Shown here: positions 62,963 to 64,000 of the stretch, in pieces
Numbering within the stretch: the first letter of the stretch is position 1
How the letters are laid out: each line of letters opens with the position of its first letter
Assembly (NCBI RefSeq): GCF_046119375.1
Contig: NW_027362771.1
Span: 585,032,001-585,096,000 of the forward strand
DNA from: Phyllobates terribilis
Lineage: Eukaryota
Length of the DNA stretch: 64,000 bases
Direction: 5' to 3'
Notes under the pieces: model-generated
Told to the model about the DNA's origin: nothing
Seen by the model: only the letters and a program-made list of their open reading frames with translations
Databases searched by the model: none
Made by a program: the position numbers and the translations under genes

Positions 62963-64000
62963 GACATCAGGACACACGGACCTCTCCTCCTCCTAATACA
63001 CAGACAATAGGACACACAGACCTCTCCTCCTCCTCCGACATCAGGAAACACAGACCTCTCCTCCTCCTCCGACATCAGGACACACAGACCTCTCCTCCTC
63101 CTCCTCCTCCTCCAACATCAGGACACACAGACCTCTCCTCCTCCTCCTCCTCCATCAGGACACACAGACCTCTCCTCCTCCTCCTCCTCCTCCGACATCA
63201 GGACACACAGACCTCTCCTCCTCCTCCGACATCAGGACACACAGACCTCTCCTCCTCCTCCGACATCAGGACACACAGACCTCTCCTCCTCCTCCGACAT
63301 CAGGACACACAGACCTCTCCTCCTCCTCCTCCTCCGACATTAGGACACACAGATCTCTCCTCCTCCGACATCAGGACACACAGATCTCTCCTCCTCCTCC
63401 TCCGACATCAGGACACACAGACCTCTCCTCCTCCTCCGACATCAGGACACACAGACCTCTCCTCCTCCTCCGACATCAGGACACACAGACCTCTCCTCCG
63501 ACATCAGGACACACAGACCTCTCCTCCTCCTCCTCCGACATCAGGACACACAGACCTCTCCTCCTCCGACATCAGGACACACAGACCTCTCCTCCTCCTC
63601 GGACATCAGGACACACAGACCTCTCCTCCTCCTCGGACATCAGGACACACAGACCTCTCCTCCTCCTCGGACATCAGGACACACAGACCTCTCCTCCTCC
63701 TCGGACATCAGGACTCACAGACCTCTCCTCCTCCTCGGACATCAGGACTCACAGACCTCTCCTCCTCCTCGGACATCAGGACTCACAGACCTCTCCTCCT
63801 CCTCGGACATCAGGACTCACAGACCTCTCCTCCTCGGACATCAGGACACACAGACCTCTCCTCCTCCTCCTCCGACATCAGGACACACAGACCTCTCCTC
63901 CTCCGACATCAGGTCACACAGACCTCTCCTCCTCCTCCTCCGACATCAGGACACACAGACCTCTCCTCCTCCGACATCAGGACACGCAAACCTCTCCTCC
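62963..64000. repeat. Intronic minisatellite (gacatcaggacacacagacct + variable (ctc)n), ~28-43-bp units
   Basis: Direct reading; runs to the window end. Confidence 0.95.

Overview
This is a vertebrate, most likely anuran (frog), genomic window. That call rests on spliceosomal genes and on repeat types I associate with frogs. It holds three genes: the first coding exon of an rnf11-like gene (minus strand, 890-988), a complete transportin-2 gene (TNPO2, plus strand, 23 coding exons, 888 aa) and the first coding exon of FBXW9 (62508-62919). TNPO2 hosts five SNORD41-type C/D snoRNA copies and has one U12-type intron. The rest is dense with tandem arrays and transposons: an intact DD38E Tc1, a near-intact DD34E Tc1, decayed Tc1, mariner and L1 copies, and a solo LTR. 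The standout is a young non-autonomous LTR element at 52152-57292, with ~99% identical LTRs, a 4-bp TSD, a PPT and no gag/pol. Its long intronless ORF appears to be a chimera of two host genes: a cingulin-like coiled coil fused to a diverged FXR1 fragment (KH0 + KH2 + C-terminal motifs, with KH1 cleanly deleted). All homology calls come from recalled sequences and by-eye alignment; no searches were run.
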